Assembly (NCBI GenBank): GCA_965277715.1
Contig: OZ255836.1
Span: 1,824,001-1,888,000, forward strand
DNA from: Gammaproteobacteria bacterium
Lineage (GTDB): Bacteria > Pseudomonadota > Gammaproteobacteria > JBCCGL01
Direction: 5' to 3'
Length of the DNA: 64,000 nt
Shown here: piece by piece, positions 39,410 through 52,000 of the stretch
Layout: each line of letters begins with the position of its first letter
Position numbering within the stretch: position 1 is the stretch's first letter
The notes under the pieces: model-generated
Told to the model about the DNA's origin: nothing
Databases searched by the model: none
Seen by the model: the letters and a program-made list of their open reading frames with translations, nothing else
Made by a program: the position numbers and the translations under genes

Positions 39410-39500
39410 ACCAGCAATTAGCATCAGCCTGGTTTCCACAGAGACAGTTGCCGTACGACTGTATGGATACAGGAGATAGAGCAACGCAGGAGCAGTTGCC
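39410..39500. repeat. Dispersed ~90-bp repeat, copy 2
   Basis: Same orientation as, and near-identical to, 37286-37376. Confidence 0.85.
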
Positions 39501-39665
39501 GACACCTATATTGATTAGCACGGTATTCTTACGGCCTGTACCTGGCTCACTTACGGGCACAAAGAAGCCCAGGATAGTCAAAGAATTAAGAGGTGAGTGA
39601 AGCAACGATAACGGTCTGATTAAAATCAGGTACGCAAACTACTGGCTGACAATGAAATTCAACCT

Positions 39666-40847
39666 CTACCTGGTATAGCGTTCTTCCAGCATAGCCACAG
39701 CAGGCAGCTTCTTGCCTTCCAGAAACTCCAAAAACGCCCCACCACCAGTAGAAATATACGATACCTTATCGGCAATGGCATATTTATCGACAGCCGCTAA
39801 CGTATCCCCTCCCCCCGCAATGGAAAATGCCGAAGATTCAGCAATCGCCCTGCCCAGCGTTTCAGTCCCCTGACCAAACTGATCAAACTCAAACACACCG
39901 ACCGGGCCATTCCAGACAATAGTACCCGCACTCTTCAGAATACCGGCATATTGCGCAGCAGTTTGCGGGCCTATATCAAAAATCATATCATCGCCATTCA
40001 CGGCATCGACAGCTTTAGTTTCAGCCACCGCCGATTCAGAAAAAACCGCACCGATAACCACATCGACCGGCACCGGAATATCACCGCCTTTTTCGCGAGC
40101 CGCTTCACTCAAACGCCGCGCCTCACCAATCAAACCAGCCTCACACAGTGACTTCCCAATGTTATGCCCTTCACTGGCAATAAAAGTATTGGCAATACCG
40201 CCACCCACGATGAGCTGATCAACGATTCCTGATAACGCATCCAGCACCGTCAATTTGGTCGACACTTTTGACCCACCGACAATCGCCACCAACGGCCTGG
40301 CGGGGTTATCCAGCGCCTTACCGAGCGCCTCCAGCTCAGCGGCCAGCAACGGCCCGGCACAGGCCAGTGGCGCATACAAACCGACACCGTGAGTAGACGC
40401 CTGGGCGCGGTGCGCCGTGCCAAATGCATCCATCACATACACATCACAGAGCGCCGCGTATTGGCGGGACAAAACCTCGTCATTGCCTTTTTCACCCGCG
40501 TTAAAACGCACATTTTCCAGTAGCACAACCTCGCCATCATCAAGCTCAGGCACCTGATCACAATACGCTTTCACCAACCGCACCGGCGCACCAAGCAGGG
40601 TGGACAAGTGCTCAGCAACTGGCGCCAGTGAAAATTCCTCGGCGTACTCGCCCTCGGTCGGGCGCCCCAGGTGGGACATCAGCATAAGCTGCGCCCCGCT
40701 ATCCCGCGCCTGGTGAATCGTCGCCAGCGATGCACGAATCCGCGCATCGCTGGTCACTTTACCGTGCTTTATCGGTACATTCAGATCCTGGCGGATAAGC
40801 ACGCGTTTACCGGCCAAGTCCAGGTCGGTCATTTTCAACACGGACAT
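39666..40847 (-). CDS. pgk: Phosphoglycerate kinase
   Basis: [34 protein letters not shown] and STGGGA. The start is placed at MSVLKM. Confidence 0.97.
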   Translation of the reverse strand: MSVLKMTDLDLAGKRVLIRQDLNVPIKHGKVTSDARIRASLATIHQARDSGAQLMLMSHLGRPTEGEYAEEFSLAPVAEHLSTLLGAPVRLVKAYCDQVPELDDGEVVLLENVRFNAGEKGNDEVLSRQYAALCDVYVMDAFGTAHRAQASTHGVGLYAPLACAGPLLAAELEALGKALDNPARPLVAIVGGSKVSTKLTVLDALSGIVDQLIVGGGIANTFIASEGHNIGKSLCEAGLIGEARRLSEAAREKGGDIPVPVDVVIGAVFSESAVAETKAVDAVNGDDMIFDIGPQTAAQYAGILKSAGTIVWNGPVGVFEFDQFGQGTETLGRAIAESSAFSIAGGGDTLAAVDKYAIADKVSYISTGGGAFLEFLEGKKLPAVAMLEERYTR

Positions 40848-40858
40848 ACAGACAAAAC

Positions 40859-41869
40859 CTATTGCGCGTTGGCCAACGCCACCGTGGTATCCAACATACG
40901 GTTGGAGAAACCCCACTCGTTGTCATACCAGGACAGTACTTTCACCATCGTGCCCTGCATCACTTTGGTGAGCGGTGCCTCGTAGGTAGACGAGGCTGGA
41001 TCGTGGTTGAAGTCAATCGACACCAGGGGTTTGTCGTTGTAGGCCAGAACACCTTTCAATGAGTCCTGAGAGGCTTCGCGCATGATGGTGTTAATTTCTT
41101 CAACACTGGTTTCACGCGCCGCTTCAAAAGTGAGATCGACAACAGATACATTAATGGTGGGCACGCGCATGGCGTAGCCGTCAAGCTTACCCGCCAGCTC
41201 AGGCATCACCAGCCCCACTGCCGCCGCCGCACCCGTGCTGGTGGGAATCATCGAGCTGGTGGCCGAGCGTGCGCGGCGCAAGTCACTGTGGTACACATCG
41301 GTCAACACCTGGTCGTTGGTGTAGGCGTGAATGGTGGTCATCAGACCATGCTTGACACCGATGGCATCGTGCAGTGGTTTCACCAGCGGCGCCAGGCAGT
41401 TGGTGGTACACGAAGCATTCGAGATCACCGTATCACTGGCTTTCAGCACGCCGTGGTTGACACCGTAGACAATCGTCGCATCGACATCTTTACCGCCAGG
41501 CGCCGAGATAATCACCTTGCCCGCACCACCTTGCAGATGCGCCGATGCCTTTTCCTTGCTGGCAAAAAAACCGGTACTTTCGTGCACGACATCCACCCCC
41601 AAATCACCCCAGGGCAGCTTGGCTGGGTCGCGCTCGGCGAGTACTTTGATGCGGTCACCGTTGATGATCATATCGTCACCATCGACAGACACCTCGCCAT
41701 TGAAACGGCCATGCGCGGTGTCGTATTGAGTCAGGTGGGCGTTGGTATTGGCATCACCCAAATCGTTGATAGCGACAATTTTTATGTCGTCACGGCCAGA
41801 TTCGTACAGGGCGCGCATGATATTGCGGCCGATGCGGCCATAGCCGTTAATTGCTACGTTGATAGTCAT
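40859..41869 (-). CDS. gap: Type I glyceraldehyde-3-phosphate dehydrogenase
   Basis: [17 protein letters not shown] and WYDNEWG. Confidence 0.97.
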   Translation of the reverse strand: MTINVAINGYGRIGRNIMRALYESGRDDIKIVAINDLGDANTNAHLTQYDTAHGRFNGEVSVDGDDMIINGDRIKVLAERDPAKLPWGDLGVDVVHESTGFFASKEKASAHLQGGAGKVIISAPGGKDVDATIVYGVNHGVLKASDTVISNASCTTNCLAPLVKPLHDAIGVKHGLMTTIHAYTNDQVLTDVYHSDLRRARSATSSMIPTSTGAAAAVGLVMPELAGKLDGYAMRVPTINVSVVDLTFEAARETSVEEINTIMREASQDSLKGVLAYNDKPLVSIDFNHDPASSTYEAPLTKVMQGTMVKVLSWYDNEWGFSNRMLDTTVALANAQ

Positions 41870-41902
41870 CAGTGCTCCTAAAGAGAATGTGCTTGAGGTT
41901 AT

Positions 41903-43894
41903 TTATAAAATTTTTTCGACAGTGTCGACAACATTGGCAACGGTAAAACCGAAGTGCTCGAACACCTGCTCGGCAGGCCCGGACTCACCAAAGGTATCAA
42001 GCCCTACCACTGCGCCATCCAGACCAACGTATTTGCGCCAGTAGTCACTGACGCCCGCCTCGACAGCCACGCGTCTGCGCACAGTAGAGGGCAGTACAGA
42101 CTGTTTGTAGTTATCGTCCTGCGCGTCAAATGCATCCGCAGAAGGCATCGAGACCAAACGCACCTGGATGGATTTTTCAGCCAGCACCCGCTGCGCATTC
42201 ATCGCCAACGCCACCTCAGAACCAGTGGCGATTAAAATTGCATCCGGCTGACCGTCACAGTCAATGAGGACATAGGCACCGCGCTCAATCGCAGCGATTT
42301 GTTCGGCACTGCGCGGCATATGCGGCAAGCCCTGGCGTGAAAACAATAAACAGACCGGGCCTTGGCGCCTTTCACAGGCAAGTTTCCAGGCTACAGCCGA
42401 TTCGACCGCATCGCACGGCCGCCATACCGACATGCCGGGGATCATGCGCAAGGTGGCTGTCTGTTCAACCGCCTGGTGGGTGGGACCATCTTCACCGAGG
42501 CCAATAGAGTCGTGCGTGTAGACAAAAATATTTGGCACGTTCATCAGTGCCGCCATACGCAGCGCATTGCGGGCATATTCAGAAAACATCAAAAACGTCG
42601 CGCCATACGGTTTAAAACCACCGTGCAGCACAATGCCATTCATAATCGCCGACATACCAAATTCACGCACACCGTAATAGATATAATTACCGGCGGGGTC
42701 ATCCTGAATGCCCTTAGCGCCAGACCAGAGCGTTAGATTAGAGCCAGCCAGGTCAGCGGAGCCACCGAGAAACTCGGGCAACAATTGCCCAAACCCTTCA
42801 ATCGCATTTTGCGATGCTTTACGGGTGGCAATTTTCTCAGCTTTAGCATCGACTGCAGCGACAAATACGCTGGCTTTTTCCTGCCAGTCGGCAGGCAGCT
42901 CACCCGCTGTGCGCCGTTCAAATTCGGCGGCAAGTTGTGGATGGGCTGCGCGGTAGGCGGCCAGTCGCTGCTTCCATTCCACCTCTGCGGCGGCACCTTT
43001 TTCCCGGGCGTTCCACCCCTGGTATACCGTTTGCGGTATTTCAAAAGGCGCATGTGGCCAACCAATAGCTTCCCGTGTCAGGGCAATTTCGGTCTCACCC
43101 AGCGGTGCACCATGACTGGATTCCTTACCCTGCTTATTCGGTGAACCGGCACCGATAATTGTTTTACAGATAATCAACGTGGGCTTGTCACCACTGGCAC
43201 GTGCCGCCACGATGGCTGCACTGACCGCCTGTGGATCGTGGCCATCGACAGCCTCAATAACCTGCCAGCCATACGCCTCAAAGCGTGCGGCAGTGTCATC
43301 GCCAAACCACCCGGCCACATCGCCATCGATAGAGATGCCATTGTCATCATAAAAGGCGATCAGTTTACCCAGCTTCAAGGTACCTGCCAGCGAGCAGACT
43401 TCGTGTGATATACCTTCCATCAAACAACCATCACCGAGAAAGCAATAGGTGTGATGGTCGACCAGGGTATGGCCATCGCGGTTGAATTGCGCGGCCAGTG
43501 TGCGCTCGGCAATCGCCATACCCACGGCGTTACTGATGCCCTGCCCCAGCGGGCCAGTCGTGGTTTCCACACCCGGTGCATAGCCGTATTCGGGATGCCC
43601 CGGTGTCTTTGAGTGCAATTGGCGAAACTGGCGCAGATCCTCAATACTGAGGTCATAACCGCTCAGGTGTAACAACGAATAGATCAACATCGAGCCGTGC
43701 CCATTGGACAAAACAAAGCGGTCACGGTTAGCCCAGGTGGGGTTGGCAGGGTTGTGAACCAGATAATCATTCCACAACACTTCGGCGATATCGGCCATTC
43801 CCATCGGCGCGCCAGGGTGGCCGGATTTGGCCTGTTGCACCGCATCCATACTCAGTGCACGTATTGCATTTGCCAGCGTTCTACGCCCGGACAT
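41903..43894 (-). CDS. tkt: Transketolase
   Basis: [28 protein letters not shown] and GEDGPTHQ. Confidence 0.97.
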   Translation of the reverse strand: MSGRRTLANAIRALSMDAVQQAKSGHPGAPMGMADIAEVLWNDYLVHNPANPTWANRDRFVLSNGHGSMLIYSLLHLSGYDLSIEDLRQFRQLHSKTPGHPEYGYAPGVETTTGPLGQGISNAVGMAIAERTLAAQFNRDGHTLVDHHTYCFLGDGCLMEGISHEVCSLAGTLKLGKLIAFYDDNGISIDGDVAGWFGDDTAARFEAYGWQVIEAVDGHDPQAVSAAIVAARASGDKPTLIICKTIIGAGSPNKQGKESSHGAPLGETEIALTREAIGWPHAPFEIPQTVYQGWNAREKGAAAEVEWKQRLAAYRAAHPQLAAEFERRTAGELPADWQEKASVFVAAVDAKAEKIATRKASQNAIEGFGQLLPEFLGGSADLAGSNLTLWSGAKGIQDDPAGNYIYYGVREFGMSAIMNGIVLHGGFKPYGATFLMFSEYARNALRMAALMNVPNIFVYTHDSIGLGEDGPTHQAVEQTATLRMIPGMSVWRPCDAVESAVAWKLACERRQGPVCLLFSRQGLPHMPRSAEQIAAIERGAYVLIDCDGQPDAILIATGSEVALAMNAQRVLAEKSIQVRLVSMPSADAFDAQDDNYKQSVLPSTVRRRVAVEAGVSDYWRKYVGLDGAVVGLDTFGESGPAEQVFEHFGFTVANVVDTVEKIL

Positions 43895-44201
43895 AGTGAT
43901 ACCCTCTCAAGCTAATGTATTGATTTATCAGCGTATTCAAAAATACCCTGATAGTATTTAATTGGATCAATGCGCCGTGCGCGCAGGCGCCGAATAAAAA
44001 GTCGGAAACAGTAAACCCAATTGGCCTATAGATCCATGCCATCAAGGTTTACCGGGGAAATATGCCCAAAAAGCGCGCATTTTCCTTTAACGCGCCGCGA
44101 TGAGCAAGCAAACTTTTCCATCGAAATGACTATAACATTACCACTGGTGTGCTATTTGCTCGTAGCATCCTGTGATTAATCAATGGCCTGAACAATTCTA
44201 T

Positions 44202-44231
44202 TTGAAAAAAACTTCGATAATTTGCTATAAT
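44202..44231 (+). promoter_or_regulatory. Putative sigma70 promoter of rpoD
   Basis: TTGAAA-18 nt-TATAAT with an extended -10 TG. Confidence 0.55.
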
Positions 44232-44294
44232 TACTCGTTTATTTTCCCTGCCTTATTCTGGCAATAACCTTCATAATGTGGTGACATTACGCGA

Positions 44295-46115
44295 ATGGAT
44301 CAAGATCAACAATCCCGCTTAAAGCTATTGATCGCCAAGGGCAAAGAACAGGGCTACCTGACCTATGCTGAGGTGAATGATCATTTACCGGATGGCATTG
44401 TCGAGCCAGATCAGGTCGAAGTGATCATCAGCATGATCAACGACATGGGCATTTCTGTGCATGAGACAGCGCCCGATGCCGACAGCCTGATTCTTTCTGA
44501 TAATGTCAGCACTGACGAAGACGCCGCCGATGAAGCGGCGGCGGCGCTGGCCTCAGTAGATAGCGAATTTGGCCGCACCACTGACCCGGTGCGCATGTAC
44601 ATGCGCGAGATGGGCACTGTCGAGCTACTCACCCGTGAGGGTGAAATCGAAATTGCCAAACGTATCGAAGAAGGTCTCAAGCAGGCATTGACGGCACTTG
44701 CCGAATACCCGGCGTCTGCCAATAGCGTCCTCGCCCACTACAAGGCATTCGCCGACGGCAAGGCCCGCCTCAACGACCTGATGAGCGCTCTTATCGACCC
44801 CAATGCCATCGATGAAATCGCCACCCCCGTACAAAAAGACTCCAGCAATACCGAACAACAAGATGACACCGAGGACGAGGCAGAGCCCGTCGATACCGGC
44901 CCCGATCTCAACGAGGTCAAAGCGGTAATGAAAAACCTCAACAGGCTGCACAACAAATCATTGGCGGCACTGCAAAAGTCCGGCAACTTAAAAGATAAGC
45001 GCACGCAGACAGCACTTAGAAAAATGATCGAATTGTTTATGACGATCAAATTCTCCCCTGCATTTGTCGACAAAATGACCACCACCCTACGCGATATTGT
45101 TGCGCGTATTCGTCGCCAGGAGCGCATCATTCGGGATATTTGTATTATCGACTGCAAAATGCCACGGCAGGAATTCCTCGCTGGCTTCCCCGGCAACGAA
45201 TCCAATGACGAATGGTTGCAGGCACAAATCGATGCCGGGCACCCCTGGTCAGCCAGGCTAAACACCTACGCGGGCGAATTGCGTAAATCACAGCGCCGCC
45301 TACGCGCCGTCGAAACCGATTCATCACTGACAATTCACGAAATCAAAGACATCAGCCGCCGCATATCGATTGGCGAGGCAAAAGCCCGCCGCGCCAAGAA
45401 GGAAATGGTTGAAGCTAACCTGCGCCTGGTGATCTCCATCGCCAAAAAATACACCAACCGTGGCCTGCAGTTTCTCGACCTGATTCAGGAGGGCAATATT
45501 GGCCTGATGAAGGCCGTGGATAAATTTGAATACCGCCGGGGCTACAAATTCTCGACCTATGCCACCTGGTGGATTCGCCAGGCGATCACCCGCTCGATTG
45601 CAGACCAAGCGCGCACCATTCGCATTCCGGTTCATATGATCGAGACGATCAACAAGCTCAACCGCATCTCGCGCCACATGTTACAGAAAATGGGCCGCGA
45701 GGCGACGCCGGAAGAGCTGGCGGAAAAAATGGAAATGCCGGAAGATAAAGTGCGCAAAGTATTAAAAATTGCCAAAGAACCCATTTCGATGGAAACCCCG
45801 ATTGGCGACGATGAAGACTCACACCTCGGTGACTTTATCGAAGACCAGGGCGCCGTATCCCCAGTCGAATCGGCGACCAATTCAGGGCTGGGTGAAACCA
45901 CCCACGACGTGTTATCCTGCCTGACGCCACGCGAGGCAAAAGTATTGCGGATGCGTTTCGGTATCGACATGAACACCGACCATACACTGGAAGAAGTCGG
46001 CAAACAATTTGACGTAACGCGCGAGCGGATACGGCAGATAGAAGCCAAAGCGTTACGTAAATTACGCCACCCGACCCGCTCGGAACAGTTGCGCAGCTTC
46101 CTCGACGGCGATTAA
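44295..46115 (+). CDS. rpoD: RNA polymerase sigma factor RpoD
   Basis: Region 1.1; [11 protein letters not shown]; [13 protein letters not shown]; [12 protein letters not shown]; TRERIRQIE. Confidence 0.98.
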   Translation: MDQDQQSRLKLLIAKGKEQGYLTYAEVNDHLPDGIVEPDQVEVIISMINDMGISVHETAPDADSLILSDNVSTDEDAADEAAAALASVDSEFGRTTDPVRMYMREMGTVELLTREGEIEIAKRIEEGLKQALTALAEYPASANSVLAHYKAFADGKARLNDLMSALIDPNAIDEIATPVQKDSSNTEQQDDTEDEAEPVDTGPDLNEVKAVMKNLNRLHNKSLAALQKSGNLKDKRTQTALRKMIELFMTIKFSPAFVDKMTTTLRDIVARIRRQERIIRDICIIDCKMPRQEFLAGFPGNESNDEWLQAQIDAGHPWSARLNTYAGELRKSQRRLRAVETDSSLTIHEIKDISRRISIGEAKARRAKKEMVEANLRLVISIAKKYTNRGLQFLDLIQEGNIGLMKAVDKFEYRRGYKFSTYATWWIRQAITRSIADQARTIRIPVHMIETINKLNRISRHMLQKMGREATPEELAEKMEMPEDKVRKVLKIAKEPISMETPIGDDEDSHLGDFIEDQGAVSPVESATNSGLGETTHDVLSCLTPREAKVLRMRFGIDMNTDHTLEEVGKQFDVTRERIRQIEAKALRKLRHPTRSEQLRSFLDGD

Positions 46116-46160
46116 AATCACCACTCAGGGCAATCGCCCTACCCCACTGTTTAAACATGT

Positions 46161-46237
<77 letters not shown>

Positions 46238-46439
46238 CATCCATTCATTACGCGGGTTTCCGCGTGATTGGTTTCTCCAAAATCATAAGCCTTACTCAAT
46301 TCTTTTCTGGTGCAGGGTGGAATTCCTATACCCATTTTATAGTTGCCAAAGGTGTCTTTCCGAGCTAACTACCTATAAACTCAGATCAAAACCAATTTTT
46401 TATAACACTTGGTAAAACCAAGTGAACTAAGCGAACCAC

Positions 46440-48347
46440 GTGAATTCCCCAAAGCTTTCGTACAGAACTGAAATTGACGGCTTGCGAGCAATAGCTGTTA
46501 TCAGCGTCATTCTTTATCACGTCCAATATGCAAAATTTGGAAGAGTTTGGTTTGAAGGTGGCTTCATTGGTGTGGACATCTTTTTTGTAATCAGTGGCTA
46601 TCTGATTACTCGCATTATTCTTTCGGAACTGCAAACGAAAGACTCCTTTAGCTTTCTAAACTTTTATGAGCGAAGAGCTCGGCGCATATTGCCAATGCTT
46701 TTTGCAGTGATTTTTCTTTCTATGCCATTTGCCTGGGTAATTCTCAGTCCAAGTGACCTAATCGAGCTATCCCAAAGCATCATTTCTTCACTTTTCTTTG
46801 GGTCTAATTTCTTTTTCTATTTTAATACCACTGAGTATGGTGCTGACAACGCTCTTTTAAAGCCTTTTCTTCACACTTGGAGTTTAGGTGTCGAAGAGCA
46901 GTTTTACCTGGTTTTTCCGATCATTGCGATCATTACATTCAAGTACTTCAGAGCGCATTTTTTGACGATCATAGTGGCTCTGTCTCTTGTTAGTTTGCAA
47001 TTTGCAGAGCTAATGGAAGGTCGAAACGCTGATCTGAACTTCTACCTTCCTTTTAGTCGTTTTTGGGAATTGGCTGTTGGTTCTGCGCTCGCGTACAGAG
47101 AGCTTAATTACAAGCCATCAGAAGAAGGATTTGTTAACCGGGTTCTCCCAATGGTTGGTTTGTACTTGGTCACGTACAGTGTCTTGTTTTTTAATGATAA
47201 GACTCCTCATCCAGGTTTTCATACCATCGTTCCAATTTTGGGTGTGGCGCTAATTATTGGGTTTGCCTCAAAAGATGAGTTGGTTGGAAAGATTTTAGGT
47301 AGTAAGCCGTTTGTATGGGTCGGATTAATTAGCTACTCCGCTTATCTTTGGCACTTCCCAATTATGGCATTTATGAGGTCTGCATCATCGAAGATTTATC
47401 TTTCTTCTAAGGATTCAGGTGCCATTATTGTTGCAATTTTTTTTATGTCTTTTTTTTCATATCTTCTCATTGAGCGTCCCTTCAGAAACAGACAGAATTT
47501 GACGGCAAAAAAGTTTTGGGTGATCATGTTTTTTGCATCTTTAACAATCTTAGCTGCAGCGTTTTCTGTAATACAACAAGATGGTTTTCCGAATCGTTAT
47601 CCAAAATATCTGCAAAAATCCTCGTTCGACGATAGGTTCGCAAATTTAGAAATTTTCGACAAATGTCATAGGCTTAGAGGCGAATTTGCAGTTGAGAGAG
47701 ATGAATTTTGTTCTTTGGGCGAGGGCTCGAATGACGTATTCCTTATAGGTGACAGCCATATGGTCTCTATCGCTTTCAAACTAATGGAGGGTCTTCAACA
47801 AAGAGACGGAAAATTATTTCTTATGACGAGAGCCGGCAGTTTATTTGGAAGAAACAAAAAGCTTGACATTGCTCGCTTGGATTATTTGAAGGGCGTTGCA
47901 GACAGCACGGTTATTTTTGGTGGGTATGCCCACAGAGAAAATAGTGAATTTTTTAATTCCGTTCGCGATCAGTACGTGGATTTATTCAATGGATTGGAAG
48001 AGAGAAATAACAGCGTTGTGATCATTTACCCCATCCCATCAACCAACATACAGGCAAGAGGATTGAAGTTTGAATATATCGTCAATGGAAGGTTACTTGA
48101 TAAAACTTCTGCCCTGCAGACGTTTGAGAGTGAGTCAGCGGATGCGTACAGTTTTTATGATTCGTTCTCCAATGACAATATCTCCCGTATTTACCCAAAA
48201 GATTTTCTATGTGATGAGTCAACGTGCTTTGGTGTAAAGGATGGGCGGATACTTATTAGCGATATAGCTCACCCCTCGAATCTAACGGCAGAATGGATTG
48301 TGAATAAATTGTTTTCTGAATTGCATTGGGATGTGTTGGACATTTAA
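46440..48347 (+). CDS. O-acyltransferase (Acyltransferase_3 + SGNH-like domain; OafA/OatA-like)
   Basis: IDGLRA, GVDIFFVISG, R.RRI.P, HTWSLGVEEQFY, SYS.YLWH, GDSH and D..H; noticeably AT-rich. Confidence 0.9.
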   Translation: MNSPKLSYRTEIDGLRAIAVISVILYHVQYAKFGRVWFEGGFIGVDIFFVISGYLITRIILSELQTKDSFSFLNFYERRARRILPMLFAVIFLSMPFAWVILSPSDLIELSQSIISSLFFGSNFFFYFNTTEYGADNALLKPFLHTWSLGVEEQFYLVFPIIAIITFKYFRAHFLTIIVALSLVSLQFAELMEGRNADLNFYLPFSRFWELAVGSALAYRELNYKPSEEGFVNRVLPMVGLYLVTYSVLFFNDKTPHPGFHTIVPILGVALIIGFASKDELVGKILGSKPFVWVGLISYSAYLWHFPIMAFMRSASSKIYLSSKDSGAIIVAIFFMSFFSYLLIERPFRNRQNLTAKKFWVIMFFASLTILAAAFSVIQQDGFPNRYPKYLQKSSFDDRFANLEIFDKCHRLRGEFAVERDEFCSLGEGSNDVFLIGDSHMVSIAFKLMEGLQQRDGKLFLMTRAGSLFGRNKKLDIARLDYLKGVADSTVIFGGYAHRENSEFFNSVRDQYVDLFNGLEERNNSVVIIYPIPSTNIQARGLKFEYIVNGRLLDKTSALQTFESESADAYSFYDSFSNDNISRIYPKDFLCDESTCFGVKDGRILISDIAHPSNLTAEWIVNKLFSELHWDVLDI

Positions 48348-48392
48348 TAACTTCTGGCAAGAACTTCTGGGATAGGCATCAAATCATTGACA

Positions 48393-48512
48393 GTAAGCGC
48401 CAAACCAACTACCTGTTGAAATTCCACGACAGTGACGTATCCACATCTTCCAGTGCAGACATATGTGTCTCAAATATGCAGGCGGTTCAATGTGATTGGC
48501 CTTGGCCGTAGT
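48393..48512 (-). mobile_element. IS66-family remnant: transposase C-terminus plus terminal inverted repeat
   Basis: The minus strand encodes TAKANHIEPPAYLRH and, frameshifted, LEDVDTSLSWN (IS66 TnpC tail TAK.NG.EP..YL...L..LLPWN). It ends in GTAAGCG (plus strand, 48393), the IS66-type terminus. Confidence 0.65.
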
Positions 48513-48621
48513 ACTGCCCTGACTAGCGCTGAACACCTACTTCCTGCGGCCAATCACAAAAGGCCGGAGGGTATTTTCGGCCCGATTGTTGCCTAATTGA
48601 CATCAATTTAATACATGAGGT

Positions 48622-48840
48622 CTAGGAAACCACGTCTTTAACCGCTTCCGTGGTTACAAATGAAGACGTGCTTGCGGTATACGGCAAGGTGGTAATGCTC
48701 TCACCAAGGATACGACGGAAGCTTTGGATGTCAGCGGTGCGAACCTTCAAGAGATAGTCGAACGACCCCGCAATCATGTGGCATTGCTCGACTTCAGGGA
48801 TATTCAGAACAGCCTGGTTAAACGCCTGTAGAGTGATAGC
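48622..48840 (-). pseudogene. putR: Truncated Lrp/AsnC regulator (putR remnant), ligand-binding domain only
   Basis: Hand-translated: TLQAFNQAVLNIPEVEQCHMIAGSFDYLLKVRTADIQSFRRILGESITTLPYTASTSSFVTTEAVKD. There is an in-frame stop just upstream and no HTH; it is divergent from putA. Confidence 0.75.
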
Positions 48841-49000
48841 ATATGCTCGTTATGCCGATAGAGTCTATTTTAGTGTTTCTATTACTAACGTCTATCAAGG
48901 CGGGCTTATGCCCAGTGAACAGGCTACCGGCGGGAATCATTCACTTTTATTCACTGCACTCAAATCTCATTAAATTTGAAAACATACAGGGCTAATTAGC

Positions 49001-52000
49001 ATGAACAACTCCGATGTATTTAGCAGGGAAGACGGCAGCGATTATCGTGTCGCTGTGCGTAAAAATTATGCGGCGGACGAGGCGACAGTAATACGCAATT
49101 TGATCGCATCTATTCGACTGAGTGCGGCCGAACGCGAAACTATCGCCGCAGCAGGCGCGAAAATGGTCGACCGTGTAAGACAGGAAACCACACCATCGAT
49201 GATGGAAAGTTTTCTCGCCGAATATGGTCTTTCGAGCGATGAGGGCGTCGGCCTGATGTGTCTCGCGGAAGCATTGCTGCGCGTTCCTGACGCCGAAACT
49301 ATCGACGATCTTATTCAGGACAAGATCGAACCTTCCAACTGGAGTGCCCACCTCGGCAACTCCGCCTCACCGTTGATCAACGCCTCTACCTGGGCACTGT
49401 TGTTGACGGGCAAGGTGCTCGAAGACGCCCCGAAAGGACCTGCAGCAGTGCTGCGTGGCCTTATCCGGCGTGTCGGTGAACCGCTAGTGAGGACTGCGGT
49501 TGCGCAAGCGATGAAGTTGCTCGGTCGCCAGTTTGTACTCGGCCAGACGATTGAAGAGGGTTTGTGCAACGCACGCGAGCTCGAACACGCGGGCTACACC
49601 TACTCCTACGACATGCTCGGCGAGGCCGCACGCACCGAGGCGGACGCGATTCGCTACCACCAGGCTTACGCCACAGCGATTGGCGAGATCGCGCAGCAGG
49701 CGAAGGGTGATGTCCGCTCCAGCCCGGGCATTTCGGTGAAGCTGTCCGCGCTGCACCCGCGCTACGAATACACGCACTACGCAACCGTCATGGCCGAGCT
49801 GGTGCCGCGCACCATCGACCTGGCCCGCCAGGCCGCCGCTGCTAACATCGGTTTCAATATCGATGCCGAAGAGCAGGACCGACTGGATTTATCGCTGAGC
49901 GTGATCGAGGTTCTAATGTCCACCCCGTCGCTCGCGGGATGGGATGGGCTAGGCATTGTGGTGCAGGCCTACGGCAAGCGCGCCGCAGCGGTTATCGAGG
50001 CACTCTACGATATGGCCAAACGCAACGACCGCAAAATCATGGTGCGCCTGGTCAAGGGCGCTTACTGGGATACCGAGGTGAAACTGGCGCAGGAGCTTGG
50101 CGTGTCGTCGTTTCCTGTTTTTACACGCAAGATTAACACCGATGTCAGCTACATGGCCTGCACACAAATGCTGATGGACAGGTGCGACCGGATTTACCCG
50201 CAGTTCGCGACCCACAATGCGCATACCTGCGCCGCAGTGATGGCATTAGCGGGCAATGACCTCAATAGCTTCGAATTCCAGCGCCTGCACGGTATGGGTG
50301 AATCGCTGCACAATATCGTGCGCGACACCCATGGCGTACACTGTCGCATCTACGCGCCGGTCGGCGCACATCGCGACCTACTCGCCTACCTCGTGCGGCG
50401 CCTGCTCGAAAACGGCACCAACAGTTCATTCGTCAACCAGATCGTCGACGAGAAGATTTCATCAGAGTCGATAACCAGCGACCCGGTGGCCGAGGTCGGG
50501 GCGCTCGGTGATGCGATCTCTAACCCGATGATACGCATGCCGCACGCACTGTTTGCGCCGCAGCGTCGCAACTCAAAAGGTTACCGCATCAACGAACCGG
50601 CATCGATTACCGCCTTACTCAAAGCGCGTGAACAATACACCGACCACATCTGGTACGCGGCGCCGATGATTGCCGGTATTGCCACAGCGAGCGGAGCGCT
50701 GCGAAAAGTCACTTCCCCGGCCGATGAAAACCGAATTGTCGCCGAAGTGCGGGAAGCAACCCCGGAAGAAGTGGCGCAGGCACTCGATGCCGCCCAGGGT
50801 GGGTTTAACGAATGGTCGACCATGTCAGTTGCCCGCCGCACCGAAATACTGCGCAAGGCGGCCGATCTGTACGAGGAAAATATCGCCGAACTGATCGCAA
50901 TCACCACGCGTGAGGCTGGCAAGACAGTGCCCGATGGCATCGCCGAGGTGCGCGAAGCGGTCGATTTCCTGCGTTTTTACGCCGACGAAGCCGAGCGCCT
51001 CGAAGACGAAGCACCGGCCACGCCCTGCGGTATATTTGTCTGCATCAGCCCGTGGAACTTTCCATTGGCCATCTTTAGCGGCCAGATCGCGGCCGCACTC
51101 GCGGCGGGCAACGCCGTGCTCGCCAAACCAGCGGAACAGACGCCCGTAATCGCGGCGCGCGCGGTTGTGCTGATGCGTGAGGCCGGATTACCGGAAGCGG
51201 CGCTGCAATTGCTGCCGGGCGACGGTCCCACGGTCGGCGGCCCGCTAACCTCTGATCCGCGCATTGCTGGCGTTTGCTTCACCGGGTCGACCGAAGTCGC
51301 CCAAACCATTCACAGGGCGCTGGCGCAAAACGCCGGGCCGGATGCGGTGCTTATCGCCGAAACCGGGGGGCTAAACGCAATGATCGTCGACAGTACCGCG
51401 CTTACAGAGCAGGCGGTGCGCGATATTCTGATATCGTCGTTTCAATCGGCCGGCCAGCGCTGCTCGGCGCTGCGTATGCTCTACGTGCAGGAAGAGACCC
51501 GCGAGCGGCTGCTGGAAATGCTCTACGGTGCGATGGAGGCGCTGTCGATCGGCGATCCGTGGAATCTCGACACCGATGTCTCACCGGTGATCGATGCCGA
51601 TGCACAGCAGAGCATCAACACCTACACCGCGCAGCACGAGGCAGCGGGGAAACTGCTGAAAAAATTACCGGCCCCGGAACAGGGTACTTACGTTTCACCG
51701 GCGGTGATCGCCGTCGACGGTATTGCCGATATGGCGCGTGAAGTTTTCGGCCCGATCCTACACGTAGCGGGTTTCAAGGCCCGCGATATAGACCGGATCG
51801 TCGACGACATCAATACACGCGAATACGGGCTGACCTTTGGTCTGCACACACGCATCGACGGCCGTGTGCAGCAAATCGTCGAACGCATTCACGTCGGCAA
51901 CACTTATGTCAACCGCAACCAGATCGGTGCCATTGTCGGCTCCCAACCCTTCGGCGGAGAAGGACTATCCGGTACTGGCCCAAAGGCGGGCGGGCCGCAC

